DNA from: a virus | Lineage: Duplodnaviria > Caudoviricetes | Reading direction: 5' to 3' (one strand) | Length of the DNA stretch: 64,000 bases | Virus record (IMG/VR): IMGVR_UViG_2595698595_000001 | Span: 96,001-160,000 of that record | Part shown: positions 10,051 through 18,914 of the stretch, in pieces | Position numbering within the stretch: the first letter of the stretch is position 1 | Layout: the number at the start of each line of letters is the position of its first letter | Program-made: the position numbers and the translations under genes | Notes under the pieces: model-generated | Databases searched by the model: none | Seen by the model: only the letters and a program-made list of their open reading frames with translations | What the model was told of the DNA's origin: nothing

Positions 10051-10512
10051 ATGAAATCACTTACAAACTTATACGAAAATAAGCTTAACGAAGCTTCAGG
10101 AACTTTTAGCTCTTTGGAATCTAATATGAATTCTTCTATAGATTCTGTAAAGAATCATATTGATTCGGAATTAAAGGAGCTTTTAGCTAAACAATCTAAA
10201 ATAAAGGATGCTAAATCTAAGACTGCTAAAGCTATTAAAGTAATTGAAAATGTTCTTCCAGAATTTACAGAATTACATGCAACTTATAAGATCATGACAT
10301 TCAATGACAGTATTTGCATAGAATTTACTATTCCTAGTGAAATAATGAATGACAAAACTTCGAATATAAAGAAAGATGTTGTTTATTTCAATAATTTCAT
10401 TAAAGCTAATAAATCGGAACTGGATAAAACTTTTAGTTTTGCTGGTGTAACTAGATATAATTCAGAATTCTCCGGAAATAGCTATAGTGATTTAATACTA
10501 GTTCTTAAATAA
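10051..10512 (+). CDS. Putative internal head protein with leader (MKSLTNLYENKLNEA)
   Basis: Shared N-terminal motif. Confidence 0.6.
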   Translation: MKSLTNLYENKLNEASGTFSSLESNMNSSIDSVKNHIDSELKELLAKQSKIKDAKSKTAKAIKVIENVLPEFTELHATYKIMTFNDSICIEFTIPSEIMNDKTSNIKKDVVYFNNFIKANKSELDKTFSFAGVTRYNSEFSGNSYSDLILVLK

Positions 10513-10520
10513 TTTAAATA

Positions 10521-10796
10521 ATGAAATCACTTACGAAATTATACGAATCTAAACTTAACGAAAGTGAGGAAATCGACAAAGTAAAAATGAAACAGGCTTT
10601 GGTTACTTTTCAGAAGTCTAACGATCTAATAAAACTTGAAAAAGACTTACTAGCACTTAATCCATATAAAAACGGTATACAATACAATGCTTATATTGAC
10701 TGGATTAATGACAATATCAAATGGTATAAGAACGGTGATACTTATGTATTTTCTTTAACAAGCTCCGGATCGGTTCTTAATTCGTTAGACGATTAA
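10521..10796 (+). CDS. Putative internal head protein with leader (MKSLTKLYESKLNES)
   Basis: Shared N-terminal motif. Confidence 0.6.
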   Translation: MKSLTKLYESKLNESEEIDKVKMKQALVTFQKSNDLIKLEKDLLALNPYKNGIQYNAYIDWINDNIKWYKNGDTYVFSLTSSGSVLNSLDD

Positions 10797-10799
10797 ATT

Positions 10800-11426
10800 A
10801 TGAAAACTCTTACTTCCCTACTATTCGAATCTTACAATTCTGACATAAGGAAACTTGAGTTAAAGCTTCAGTCTTTTGGTTATACTGTTCGACATGATAC
10901 AAGTAGACCAAAAGGCTTTGCTTTAGAAATTAGATTACCTAAGGATCAGTTATATGTACCTGAGGATTTAGAAATACTTTCTAAGAACTTGGAAGCTTAT
11001 CCTAATCTTTTAATGATCGATGCTAAAGTCGGGGAAGATAAGAATTACGTAGATTTCATCTTTCCAGTAACAGAAAGATTCGTTGATAAAGTTTATCATG
11101 TAACTTCTAAGAAATGGATAGAATCGATAACTGAAAAAGGTTTATTATGTTCTAGACCTACTGATGCTTCTGATAACATTAAGAAACATGAATCAAAAGA
11201 ATCTTTCAGAGATAGAAAATACAAAGCTGTTTTCGTAATATCGAATTTAGAAGACGCTAAGAAAGTTTCTAAGATGTTCGACTTCGAAGAACCTCAACTT
11301 ATCGAATTAGATACAAAGAATCTTAAATTTTTCGAAGATCCAATGATGCCTGAAGAAATGGATTCATTAGTTCATTTCGATGACATAGAACCAAAAAGAA
11401 TAATTAACATAACTGACATTAAATAA
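10800..11426 (+). CDS. Leader-bearing protein with putative ADP-ribosyltransferase/KptA-like domain
   Basis: MKTLTSLLFES leader; VYHVTSKKWIESITEKGL...AVFV...IEPKRI resembles the ART/KptA fold. Confidence 0.55.
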   Translation: MKTLTSLLFESYNSDIRKLELKLQSFGYTVRHDTSRPKGFALEIRLPKDQLYVPEDLEILSKNLEAYPNLLMIDAKVGEDKNYVDFIFPVTERFVDKVYHVTSKKWIESITEKGLLCSRPTDASDNIKKHESKESFRDRKYKAVFVISNLEDAKKVSKMFDFEEPQLIELDTKNLKFFEDPMMPEEMDSLVHFDDIEPKRIINITDIK

Positions 11427-11428
11427 AC

Positions 11429-11806
11429 ATGAAAACAATATCAAAATTATACGAAGCTAGTTCGGATTTCCAAATGATAGAATTCGAATCGATTAAAGCT
11501 ATAGAATTAGCTATAGCTAACTATTCAGCCTCGGTTAAGGGCTTACAACAAGAAGTAACAAGCATTAAGAATCATTTATCAAAAATACTTGGAAACAAAG
11601 TATCAGACATTAAAGATCTGAATGCTTCTTTAACTGCTGAAAAAGGTATTACGTACATAGAGGTACAACTTCAAGCTGATAAAGTTGAAAAATTTGGAAT
11701 GGAGGAAAGTAAAGCCTTTTCAAAAGTTTTACAAGCTAAAGGCATTACTAAACATAAAACCCAATTTGTCGGAACTAGTTCAATGTACATTACATTATAT
11801 TTCTAA
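11429..11806 (+). CDS. Putative internal head protein with leader (MKTISKLYEA)
   Basis: Shared N-terminal motif. Confidence 0.6.
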   Translation: MKTISKLYEASSDFQMIEFESIKAIELAIANYSASVKGLQQEVTSIKNHLSKILGNKVSDIKDLNASLTAEKGITYIEVQLQADKVEKFGMEESKAFSKVLQAKGITKHKTQFVGTSSMYITLYF

Positions 11807-11808
11807 AC

Positions 11809-12180
11809 ATGAAAACTCTATCAAAACTATTCGAAGATCAAATCTTTAACGTTTCTTCAGTTTCTCAGTACTATCGAGAAAATATAGATTTACTGTTACC
11901 AGCTAAAGAAGTTCTTGACGAAAAGGATATTCAAATAGCTAAAGATAGAATTCTGAAAGAAAAAGAAGTTTTACCTAAGGGTCATAAGTATCTTATGATT
12001 AATGAAGCTCAGACATTAATGTTTATGGTTCTAGAACTTCAAGGTTCTAGATATCATGCAGTTCTTACAAGTGATACTGAGAGTACTGTATTTCAGACAT
12101 TAATAAACTGGGAACATGTTGAAGAATATGTCAAAGCTTTAGGATTAGATTTCGATTATTTCAAAGAATCGAAACTGTAA
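11809..12180 (+). CDS. Putative internal head protein with leader (MKTLSKLFED)
   Basis: Shared N-terminal motif. Confidence 0.6.
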   Translation: MKTLSKLFEDQIFNVSSVSQYYRENIDLLLPAKEVLDEKDIQIAKDRILKEKEVLPKGHKYLMINEAQTLMFMVLELQGSRYHAVLTSDTESTVFQTLINWEHVEEYVKALGLDFDYFKESKL

Positions 12181-12193
12181 CATCAAATACATG

Positions 12194-12231
12194 AACAAAA
12201 ACCCGTTAGATCGATCTAACGGGTTTTTGTT
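12194..12231 (+). terminator. Intrinsic terminator (perfect palindrome)
   Basis: AACAAAAACCCGTTAGATCGATCTAACGGGTTTTTGTT. Confidence 0.8.
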
Positions 12232-12263
12232 GTTAAATAACTAAAGTTACCAAAAATTGCAAT

Positions 12264-12271
12264 TATACATA
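12264..12271 (+). promoter_or_regulatory. Late promoter TATACATA (portal operon)
   Basis: Between terminator and portal start. Confidence 0.75.
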
Positions 12272-12295
12272 TTTCATTATCCCAAACTATAAAAT

Positions 12296-14050
12296 ATGTT
12301 AGGTTACAATAGAAACGCAGGTAGACCCAATTCTGGGAATCTATCAAAGAAATTCAGTAAATTAGGACCGATTATCAAATCGATTGGTAACTTCGGTATC
12401 GTCATAAATAAGAAAGTTCTTGACAAAAAGACTGCTATACCTGAAGACCCAAGATTAGAAGGTGACATTTATTCGATTCTTGATACGATTGGAACTCGTT
12501 CAATGAATCAAACTTCATATCCTCAATATAATCAAAACGATCAAGTACAAAGACAAGCTAGACGTTGGCATTTAATTACAATGTCTAAACATCCAGAACT
12601 TGAAGATATTATTGAAACGTTAACTGATGAAGCTATTGTATATGATAAGAATGCTACTTACTGCTGTTCTGCTATTCTAAATACTTTGATGTTAGACGAA
12701 AAGATAATTAGTTCTAAAGATTCTAAAGACCTTGAAGAATTAGTTACAGAAAAGTTCCCAGCTTTATATAGAATGTTAGGTCTTTATAAATCTGGTGCTA
12801 AATCTTTGATGCAAGAATGGTTAGTTGAAGGTAAGAAAGCTTGGGAGATTGTATACGATTCATTAGATAATCCTAAATCGATTATAGGTTTAGTTCCGAT
12901 AGACCCATTATCATTAATTGAACATTGGGATGAAGATGGTAACAGATGGTGGATTCAGGAACCAAATCTTACTCAACAATCTAGTGCTATGGGTGTTACT
13001 AGAGCTATGGGTGGTCAAAGAACATTACATGACTCACAGGTAATATATTGGGATTGGGACCCAACAGGATTTAAGTTTTCTTATCTTGAAAGACTTTTAA
13101 GAACGTTTAATGTTTACCGAGCTATCGAAAGAATGAAAGTTAACTGGTGGGTTATGAACTCTCAGTTTAGAACTATGATCGTTATTCCAACTCATGGTAA
13201 ATCTAGACAACGCGCTGCTGAGGTATTAGCTGCAGCAATGCAAAGATATCGAGATCATGTTGAATTCTCTGATGAAGATGGAACGGTTAAAGTAAATGGT
13301 TCAGCGAACATTCCAGCGAATAAGGAATATTGGTTAGCTGATACTTCGTCTGGAAAACCTGAAGTTTCTACAGTAGGGGGTGACGGATATGACTTGTCAA
13401 GTGCTGATACTTCATGGTCTAAACGAAATCTGTTAGAACTTTCTAAAGTACCTTTGGATAGATTCGACCCTAGTTCTTCAGAATCATGGAATCTTGACCC
13501 AACATCTTCAAGACGTCAAGAATTGAAATTCGCTAAGTTTGTCCAAACGTTAAGAACTTCAATGTCTGAGATAATGCTAAAACCTCTGATTATTCAAATA
13601 TGTTTAGATCGCCCTAATCTGACAAATAATTACGAATTACTTGATGCGATTACTATAGATTTCTTATCTGAAAACATCTTTACTCAAAAGATCGAAATGG
13701 AAATCATGAAAGAACGTACTGAATTCATTGGTGAAATGATGGACAAGCTTAAACGTGTTGACGCTGACGGTAACGAAAAACCTTTCTTCTCTTTGAAATT
13801 CTTGATGGACAAATACATGATGTTAACTCCTGAAGAACTTGAACAAAATGCGAAAGCTCTTAAAGAAGAGGAAAAGGAAATGGAAGAATTCAGTAGAAAA
13901 CAGAATACAATTTCAGCTGAAATGGAAGCTGAGAAAGCTGAATATACAAAAGAATTCGAAGAAGATGATTCTAAATCTTTATACGAATCTATAAAGGCTA
14001 AAAGAATCAAACGGAAAACAACAAAAGACATTACAAAATACAGAATATAA
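12296..14050 (+). CDS. gp20: Portal protein, T4 gp20-like
   Basis: HPELEDII..LTDEAIV, PIDP, SYLERL...N..R.IE, EYWL....G.PEVST.GG, SKVPLDRF, RQELKFAKFV..LR. Confidence 0.9.
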   Translation: MLGYNRNAGRPNSGNLSKKFSKLGPIIKSIGNFGIVINKKVLDKKTAIPEDPRLEGDIYSILDTIGTRSMNQTSYPQYNQNDQVQRQARRWHLITMSKHPELEDIIETLTDEAIVYDKNATYCCSAILNTLMLDEKIISSKDSKDLEELVTEKFPALYRMLGLYKSGAKSLMQEWLVEGKKAWEIVYDSLDNPKSIIGLVPIDPLSLIEHWDEDGNRWWIQEPNLTQQSSAMGVTRAMGGQRTLHDSQVIYWDWDPTGFKFSYLERLLRTFNVYRAIERMKVNWWVMNSQFRTMIVIPTHGKSRQRAAEVLAAAMQRYRDHVEFSDEDGTVKVNGSANIPANKEYWLADTSSGKPEVSTVGGDGYDLSSADTSWSKRNLLELSKVPLDRFDPSSSESWNLDPTSSRRQELKFAKFVQTLRTSMSEIMLKPLIIQICLDRPNLTNNYELLDAITIDFLSENIFTQKIEMEIMKERTEFIGEMMDKLKRVDADGNEKPFFSLKFLMDKYMMLTPEELEQNAKALKEEEKEMEEFSRKQNTISAEMEAEKAEYTKEFEEDDSKSLYESIKAKRIKRKTTKDITKYRI

Positions 14051-14051
14051 T

Positions 14052-14717
14052 ATGCCTCCACATAAAGTAAGATTTTCATTATATCCAGAAAAACGTGATA
14101 TCGCACAAGAATCGTTTAACTGGTTACGAAGACAAAAACATGCAGGATATGATAGAACAGAATTACCACAGATTCCACAAGATAAGGAAGATTTCGTAAT
14201 TGATTTATTAGAACTTAAACCTAGACGTGTATTTGCTAGGGATTTGAAACCTGCACAAACTCAAATCAAGAAACCTAAAGTAATTGATAAGATCGGAACT
14301 AATCAGGATAAACGTAAGTATATAGTTTCTAAAGATGGCTATTTAGTTGATGGACATCATTCATGGGCTTCATTAATTCCAGATAACGATGTAATAACTA
14401 TATATCAAAGTTCTTCGAAAGATATTCACGAAATGGTTCGAATTCTGAAAGATGATTTAGGTTACGGTTCTAAATCGATAAATGAAAACTTTGACGAAAA
14501 TGAAGAACGTTGTGAAGGTGAATACTGTAATGCTACATATCAAAGAATCCTTAAACTGTATCGAAATGTTATGGAAGTTGATAAGAATCGTGCTAAATCG
14601 TTATTTCAGTTCTTAGGAAAGAAATATAACGAATCTATCAAAGATTTCTGTAAACGTTCTTCTGATACAAATTTGGAACGATTAGAAAAAGAACTTAAAA
14701 ACTTATCAAGAAAATAA
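14052..14717 (+). CDS. ParB/Srx-like domain protein
   Basis: LKPAQ...IVSKDGYLVDGHHSWA. Confidence 0.7.
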   Translation: MPPHKVRFSLYPEKRDIAQESFNWLRRQKHAGYDRTELPQIPQDKEDFVIDLLELKPRRVFARDLKPAQTQIKKPKVIDKIGTNQDKRKYIVSKDGYLVDGHHSWASLIPDNDVITIYQSSSKDIHEMVRILKDDLGYGSKSINENFDENEERCEGEYCNATYQRILKLYRNVMEVDKNRAKSLFQFLGKKYNESIKDFCKRSSDTNLERLEKELKNLSRK

Positions 14718-14718
14718 A

Positions 14719-14916
14719 ATGAAAACATTAACACAATTATATGAATCTGTAATCGATGATTCGGATAAAGAATTTTTGAAATCGGAATTGAAACATATCG
14801 ATAATCAAATAGATAAGCTTATGAAGTTATCAAAGATATCTGATAAACAACAAGCTTATTGGGATAAGCTAGAGCTTGATAAAAATGAAATTATAGAACT
14901 ATTGAAAACAAAATGA
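14719..14916 (+). CDS. Small coiled-coil protein with leader (MKTLTQLYES)
   Basis: Shared N-terminal motif. Confidence 0.6.
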   Translation: MKTLTQLYESVIDDSDKEFLKSELKHIDNQIDKLMKLSKISDKQQAYWDKLELDKNEIIELLKTK

Positions 14917-15383
14917 AAACGTTAGTTCAACTATTCGAAGACTTATCACTCGATGTATCTAAAGCGATACGTCGAGAACTTGATACAAATTTCAAAGGGT
15001 TTCGTAAACATCAGAATCGTCATGATATCGAAGCTTTAATTGGTGATGCTATGAGAAACTCAGCTTTACCTTTTATAAGACATGCAGCTGAATACGTAAC
15101 TCCTGATAAATTCAAATCTGGTAAGCATATTAATTCTGGATATTGTGTTCAATTCGCTGAGTATATTTTAGATCATGTTCATTCTCGTAACGTTAAGATG
15201 ATGGGTGATGTCGATCATCATGTAATGTTGAAAGACAACGTAACAGGTCTTTATTATGACGCTGAGCATCCAGATGGTATAACTTTAGAAGATTTCCGTA
15301 ATACTACATGGATGAAAAATCCTGACAAAGTTGTACAGTTCTTAAGAAACAAAGAAGTTAAGGAAATTGATTACATGCAATAA
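14913..15383 (+). CDS. Leader-bearing protein with putative transglutaminase/papain-like triad
   Basis: MKTLVQLFED leader; NSGYCVQFA, DHHVML, YYDAE (Cys-His-Asp order). Confidence 0.55.
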   Translation: MKTLVQLFEDLSLDVSKAIRRELDTNFKGFRKHQNRHDIEALIGDAMRNSALPFIRHAAEYVTPDKFKSGKHINSGYCVQFAEYILDHVHSRNVKMMGDVDHHVMLKDNVTGLYYDAEHPDGITLEDFRNTTWMKNPDKVVQFLRNKEVKEIDYMQ

Positions 15384-15386
15384 CTT

Positions 15387-15404
15387 TATACATATAAAAA
15401 CAAA
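15387..15404 (+). promoter_or_regulatory. Late promoter, extended TATACATATAAAAACAAA
   Basis: Identical 18-mer before protease, scaffold and capsid genes. Confidence 0.8.
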
Positions 15405-15407
15405 TCA

Positions 15408-16148
15408 ATGAAAAATATATCCATAATATCAAGTATTGACAAACGTTCAATGCTTTTCGAAGCTGTAAGTGACGGATTAATACCAGTACCTGATGGTATG
15501 ATGCGTGTTTCTGGAGTAATAGCTAAGATGGACGTTATGAATAATAACGGACGTTTTTATACTAAAGAAAACTATACAAAACATATTGATTCTATTCAGG
15601 ATAAAATCGCTACCGGTCTTTATGGAGAAATGGAACATCCTGATAGCTTTAATATCAATTATAATAACGTTTCTCATAAAGTTGAAAAACTTTGGTATGA
15701 TCATGCTACCGATGAAGTCAAAGGTATATTTCTACTTTTAGATAACGAAAAAGGTAAAACTGCTCAAGCTATTGTTAAATCTGGTGGTACTCTTAGATGT
15801 TCTACTAGATGTGCTGGTGATGTAGCGAAAGGTAATGAAGCTCGTATAAGTAAATTCTATACAGTCGATTTAGTCGGTACTCCTGGATTCGATGAAGCTA
15901 AATTATTCTTGATGGAATCTTTAGATTTTACATCTAAATCAAATAGTTCAGATATTAAACTTTTGAATGAAGATGATAACAGTATTGTATATGTTTCAGA
16001 ACTTAAACAAATGCTTTTAGAATCTAAGAAATATGTAACTAACGATTCAGCTTTATTAGAAGCTTTAAATGAAAGAACTAATCTAGTTTCTTCGAAGGAA
16101 TCTAAGAAGCTTTATGAATCTATTAAATCGAAAATACTTAAACGATAA
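15408..16148 (+). CDS. gp21: Prohead core protease, T4 gp21-like
   Basis: N.NGRFY, GEMEHP, VSH, GK...AIV..G...STRCAG, TVDLVGTPGF..A. Confidence 0.9.
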   Translation: MKNISIISSIDKRSMLFEAVSDGLIPVPDGMMRVSGVIAKMDVMNNNGRFYTKENYTKHIDSIQDKIATGLYGEMEHPDSFNINYNNVSHKVEKLWYDHATDEVKGIFLLLDNEKGKTAQAIVKSGGTLRCSTRCAGDVAKGNEARISKFYTVDLVGTPGFDEAKLFLMESLDFTSKSNSSDIKLLNEDDNSIVYVSELKQMLLESKKYVTNDSALLEALNERTNLVSSKESKKLYESIKSKILKR

Positions 16149-16150
16149 AA

Positions 16151-16984
16151 ATGAAAACATTAACACAATTATATGAAGCTATAGTTATATCTAAAGATTA
16201 TCCTAAATTTGATTCGTCTAATAAAGATATCGAAAAATATCTTCTAAATATTGCAAACGAATTAAAGAAATCTGAAGGTTTTAACAAATATAGAGGGGTT
16301 TACGATTTTAAAAGCAGATATAACTACGGACAAGGAATAATAGATCATACTGTAATACTCGAATGGTCTGCACCATTATCAGAATGTTTTAAATCTTTAG
16401 GTGTATCTAAATCTGAAGCTATATTGATTTCAGATTTAGGTAAGAATGCTGAAAAGCTAACAACTATCAAATTTAAATTACAGGTACATATTCGTGAAAA
16501 AATATCATCTGATCAAACTATCGATAAATTTGAAAACTATTACAGTGGTACTTTAGACGCTACTATTTATAATCATAATTTCAGTAGAATAGTTTCGTAT
16601 ATGTCTGGATATTATTCTGGTGGTTCTGATGATAAGTATACTTACGATAGAACACAAGAAAGCTTTGATAAGTCTGATAGAATTTTCGATTTAATAAATT
16701 TCGTAACTAGTAATATCAACGCTTATAATAAAGAATACAATCCAGTTTTGATATCATCTAACAGTTCTATTCTTAGTAATGAAGCTTCTTCAGTTTATTC
16801 TAGAATATCAAAAAATAAAACTGACAATTTATACGACTTTACGGATTTTATTAAGAAACATGGTGAAGCTAAACTTTTAAATCTATTAAAGAAATCTTCA
16901 ACGTTTAAAGCTTTCTTAGATAAGGATCATTATAAAGATGGTATCTTATCGAAAACTTCTATCTGGTCAGAAACATACGATTAA
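16151..16984 (+). CDS. Putative internal head protein with leader (MKTLTQLYEA)
   Basis: Shared motif; between protease and scaffold. Confidence 0.6.
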   Translation: MKTLTQLYEAIVISKDYPKFDSSNKDIEKYLLNIANELKKSEGFNKYRGVYDFKSRYNYGQGIIDHTVILEWSAPLSECFKSLGVSKSEAILISDLGKNAEKLTTIKFKLQVHIREKISSDQTIDKFENYYSGTLDATIYNHNFSRIVSYMSGYYSGGSDDKYTYDRTQESFDKSDRIFDLINFVTSNINAYNKEYNPVLISSNSSILSNEASSVYSRISKNKTDNLYDFTDFIKKHGEAKLLNLLKKSSTFKAFLDKDHYKDGILSKTSIWSETYD

Positions 16985-16993
16985 ACTATAAAA

Positions 16994-17305
16994 ATGAAAA
17001 CGATAAATCAATTATACGAAGCTAAGCTTAATGAAGCTTATGGTACAGAACATCTCGAAGATCAAAATGCTGAATTAGGTGCATTAGTTAAAGACTTAAA
17101 GGATGTAAAAGTTGGGAAAACTTACTGCATTGTAGATTTAGGTTTAGAGGAATGGAATTCTGGATATAAACTTAAAGCGATAAAAGGTAATATGTACATC
17201 TTTGACGATTTACTAGGTTCTCCTTTAGATAAAGAAGTTTTCGAATTTACTAGAGGTGACATTTTAGAATTAATATATGACAAAGCTATAGCTTTCGAAA
17301 AATAA
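16994..17305 (+). CDS. Putative internal head protein with leader (MKTINQLYEAKLNEA)
   Basis: Shared motif. Confidence 0.6.
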   Translation: MKTINQLYEAKLNEAYGTEHLEDQNAELGALVKDLKDVKVGKTYCIVDLGLEEWNSGYKLKAIKGNMYIFDDLLGSPLDKEVFEFTRGDILELIYDKAIAFEK

Positions 17306-17312
17306 AAACAAA

Positions 17313-17735
17313 ATGAAAACAATATCAAAATTATACGAAGCTAAATTAAATGAAGCTTCAAACTATGATCCATACGAATGGGGTGAAACTGTAATGAAGG
17401 CTGTTAAATCGTTAGCTTCATCTTTGAAACTTAAAGATATTAAAATCCATGAAGCTCATTCTGATGATGGCGAAGGTTACGGTCATGGTATAATCGATTT
17501 TAAGAAAGATGGTGTACCATATTATATCGATTATCATATAACTCTTGAATTACATCATGGACTAGAATTAGGTGATTTAGAAATCCAATTAGGTGTTTAT
17601 GAAGATTCTGATGAACCATATGCACCAAATGATGACGTTGATAAAACTTTCAAGAAAGTTTCTGGTCAAGACGAACCAAAGGTTATTTCGAAAATGGTAA
17701 CAGATTTCTTGAAATCTACTAAAGTTTTGAAATAA
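17313..17735 (+). CDS. Putative internal head protein with leader (MKTISKLYEAKLNEA)
   Basis: Shared motif. Confidence 0.6.
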   Translation: MKTISKLYEAKLNEASNYDPYEWGETVMKAVKSLASSLKLKDIKIHEAHSDDGEGYGHGIIDFKKDGVPYYIDYHITLELHHGLELGDLEIQLGVYEDSDEPYAPNDDVDKTFKKVSGQDEPKVISKMVTDFLKSTKVLK

Positions 17736-17753
17736 ATCAAAAATCAATACTGT

Positions 17754-17771
17754 TATACATATAAAAACAAA
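17754..17771 (+). promoter_or_regulatory. Late promoter, extended TATACATATAAAAACAAA
   Basis: Upstream of scaffold. Confidence 0.8.
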
Positions 17772-17796
17772 TAAATAAATTCAAATTAGAAATATC

Positions 17797-18543
17797 ATGT
17801 CTAAAAATAATCTAACAGTTGCTCAAAAAGTAAATGCGCTTGTTGAGTCACATATCAAAACAAAATTGATTCCAGTTTTACAAGAGAATCAAAAACAAAT
17901 GTTTGCGATGATCGATCAACATCTTATGGAGAACTTCGGTCCTGCTGTAGTTGCTTTCATTAAAGGTAAAGGTCAAGCTCTTAACGAATCTCAAAACGAA
18001 GAGATTACAAATTCTTTCCGTAATTTCCTTTTGGAAAATGCTGAAGAGGATGTAGCTGAAGAAGTTAAAGAACTTGAAGATAAACTTGAAGACAAGAAAG
18101 AAGAACTTGAAGATTTGAAACTTGAAGAATCTAAACTTGTTAAGAAAGCTAAAGCTTTAAACGAAGCTAAGGATGAAGCTCACGAAGATGAGGAATTATC
18201 TGAAGAAGAAGAAGAAGAAATCATTGATGAAATCGAACTTCAAGAATCTTTGAATACTAAATCACTTACTAAAGTTCGTCGTAAAATGAAACTTGTTGAA
18301 AGTGAATTGGAAGAAATCGCTGACGAATTACAAGATTTAGGTGCTATGGCTACTGAAGATACTGGAATTCCAGCTGATGAAGTTGAATTATCTGAAGAAG
18401 AATTGGAAGAGCTTGAAGGTGAGGAACTTTATGAAGCTTTGAAAACTCGTGTTGCTAAGAAAAGTAAACGTAATGGTAGTCTTTTAGAATCTATCAAAAA
18501 CGATATCGCTAAAGCAAAACGTCTTGACGCAAAAAAAAAGTAA
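17797..18543 (+). CDS. gp22: Prohead core scaffold protein, gp22-like (short form)
   Basis: Very acidic coiled coil with many LxE(S/A/N) sites; between protease and capsid genes. Confidence 0.75.
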   Translation: MSKNNLTVAQKVNALVESHIKTKLIPVLQENQKQMFAMIDQHLMENFGPAVVAFIKGKGQALNESQNEEITNSFRNFLLENAEEDVAEEVKELEDKLEDKKEELEDLKLEESKLVKKAKALNEAKDEAHEDEELSEEEEEEIIDEIELQESLNTKSLTKVRRKMKLVESELEEIADELQDLGAMATEDTGIPADEVELSEEELEELEGEELYEALKTRVAKKSKRNGSLLESIKNDIAKAKRLDAKKK

Positions 18544-18824
18544 ACAAGCTTAACGAAAACGTTAACGAAGATACTAACGTTCTAAAAAATATTCCTGATG
18601 AATTTAAAGCTTTATATGAATCTTTAAGTCCTGAAGCGAAAGATGTTTTAAACGAAAATGCTAGAAATGCTAACCTTGATACGTTATCAGGAGTTCGCAA
18701 CTTCTTTCAGAATACAAACTTCAAAAGCTTACAACAACGTAATGCTTTGAATAAGTTAAATGAAAGTCAAGAAACTAAGCAATCTGGATTAGCGTTTGTT
18801 ACTAACTTACTTAAACCATTTTAA
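18540..18824 (+). CDS. -1 frame C-terminal extension of scaffold (94 codons, no own ATG)
   Basis: VNKLNENVNED...ALYESLSPEAKDVLNENA...KLNESQETK...LLKPF*; entered via A AAA AAG at 18534-18540. Confidence 0.75.
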   Translation, partial: VNKLNENVNEDTNVLKNIPDEFKALYESLSPEAKDVLNENARNANLDTLSGVRNFFQNTNFKSLQQRNALNKLNESQETKQSGLAFVTNLLKPF

Positions 18825-18826
18825 TT

Positions 18827-18883
18827 TGTATGCAAGTTTGACATTATTTTTATAAATCAAACTTGTATACATATAAAAACAAA
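18827..18883 (+). promoter_or_regulatory. 15-bp hairpin plus extended late promoter for major capsid gene
   Basis: TGTATGCAAGTTTGA / TCAAACTTGTATACA; TATACATATAAAAACAAA at 18866-18883. Confidence 0.7.
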
Positions 18884-18914
18884 AATTAATTACTTACATA
18901 AATCAAAGAAAACA

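Noticed and set aside
18040-18430. GAA-rich low-complexity tract
   Set aside because: Explained by the Glu-rich scaffold coding sequence
18509-18700. Minus-strand 63 aa ORF in the scaffold-capsid gap
   Set aside because: The gap is better explained by the + strand -1 frame scaffold extension
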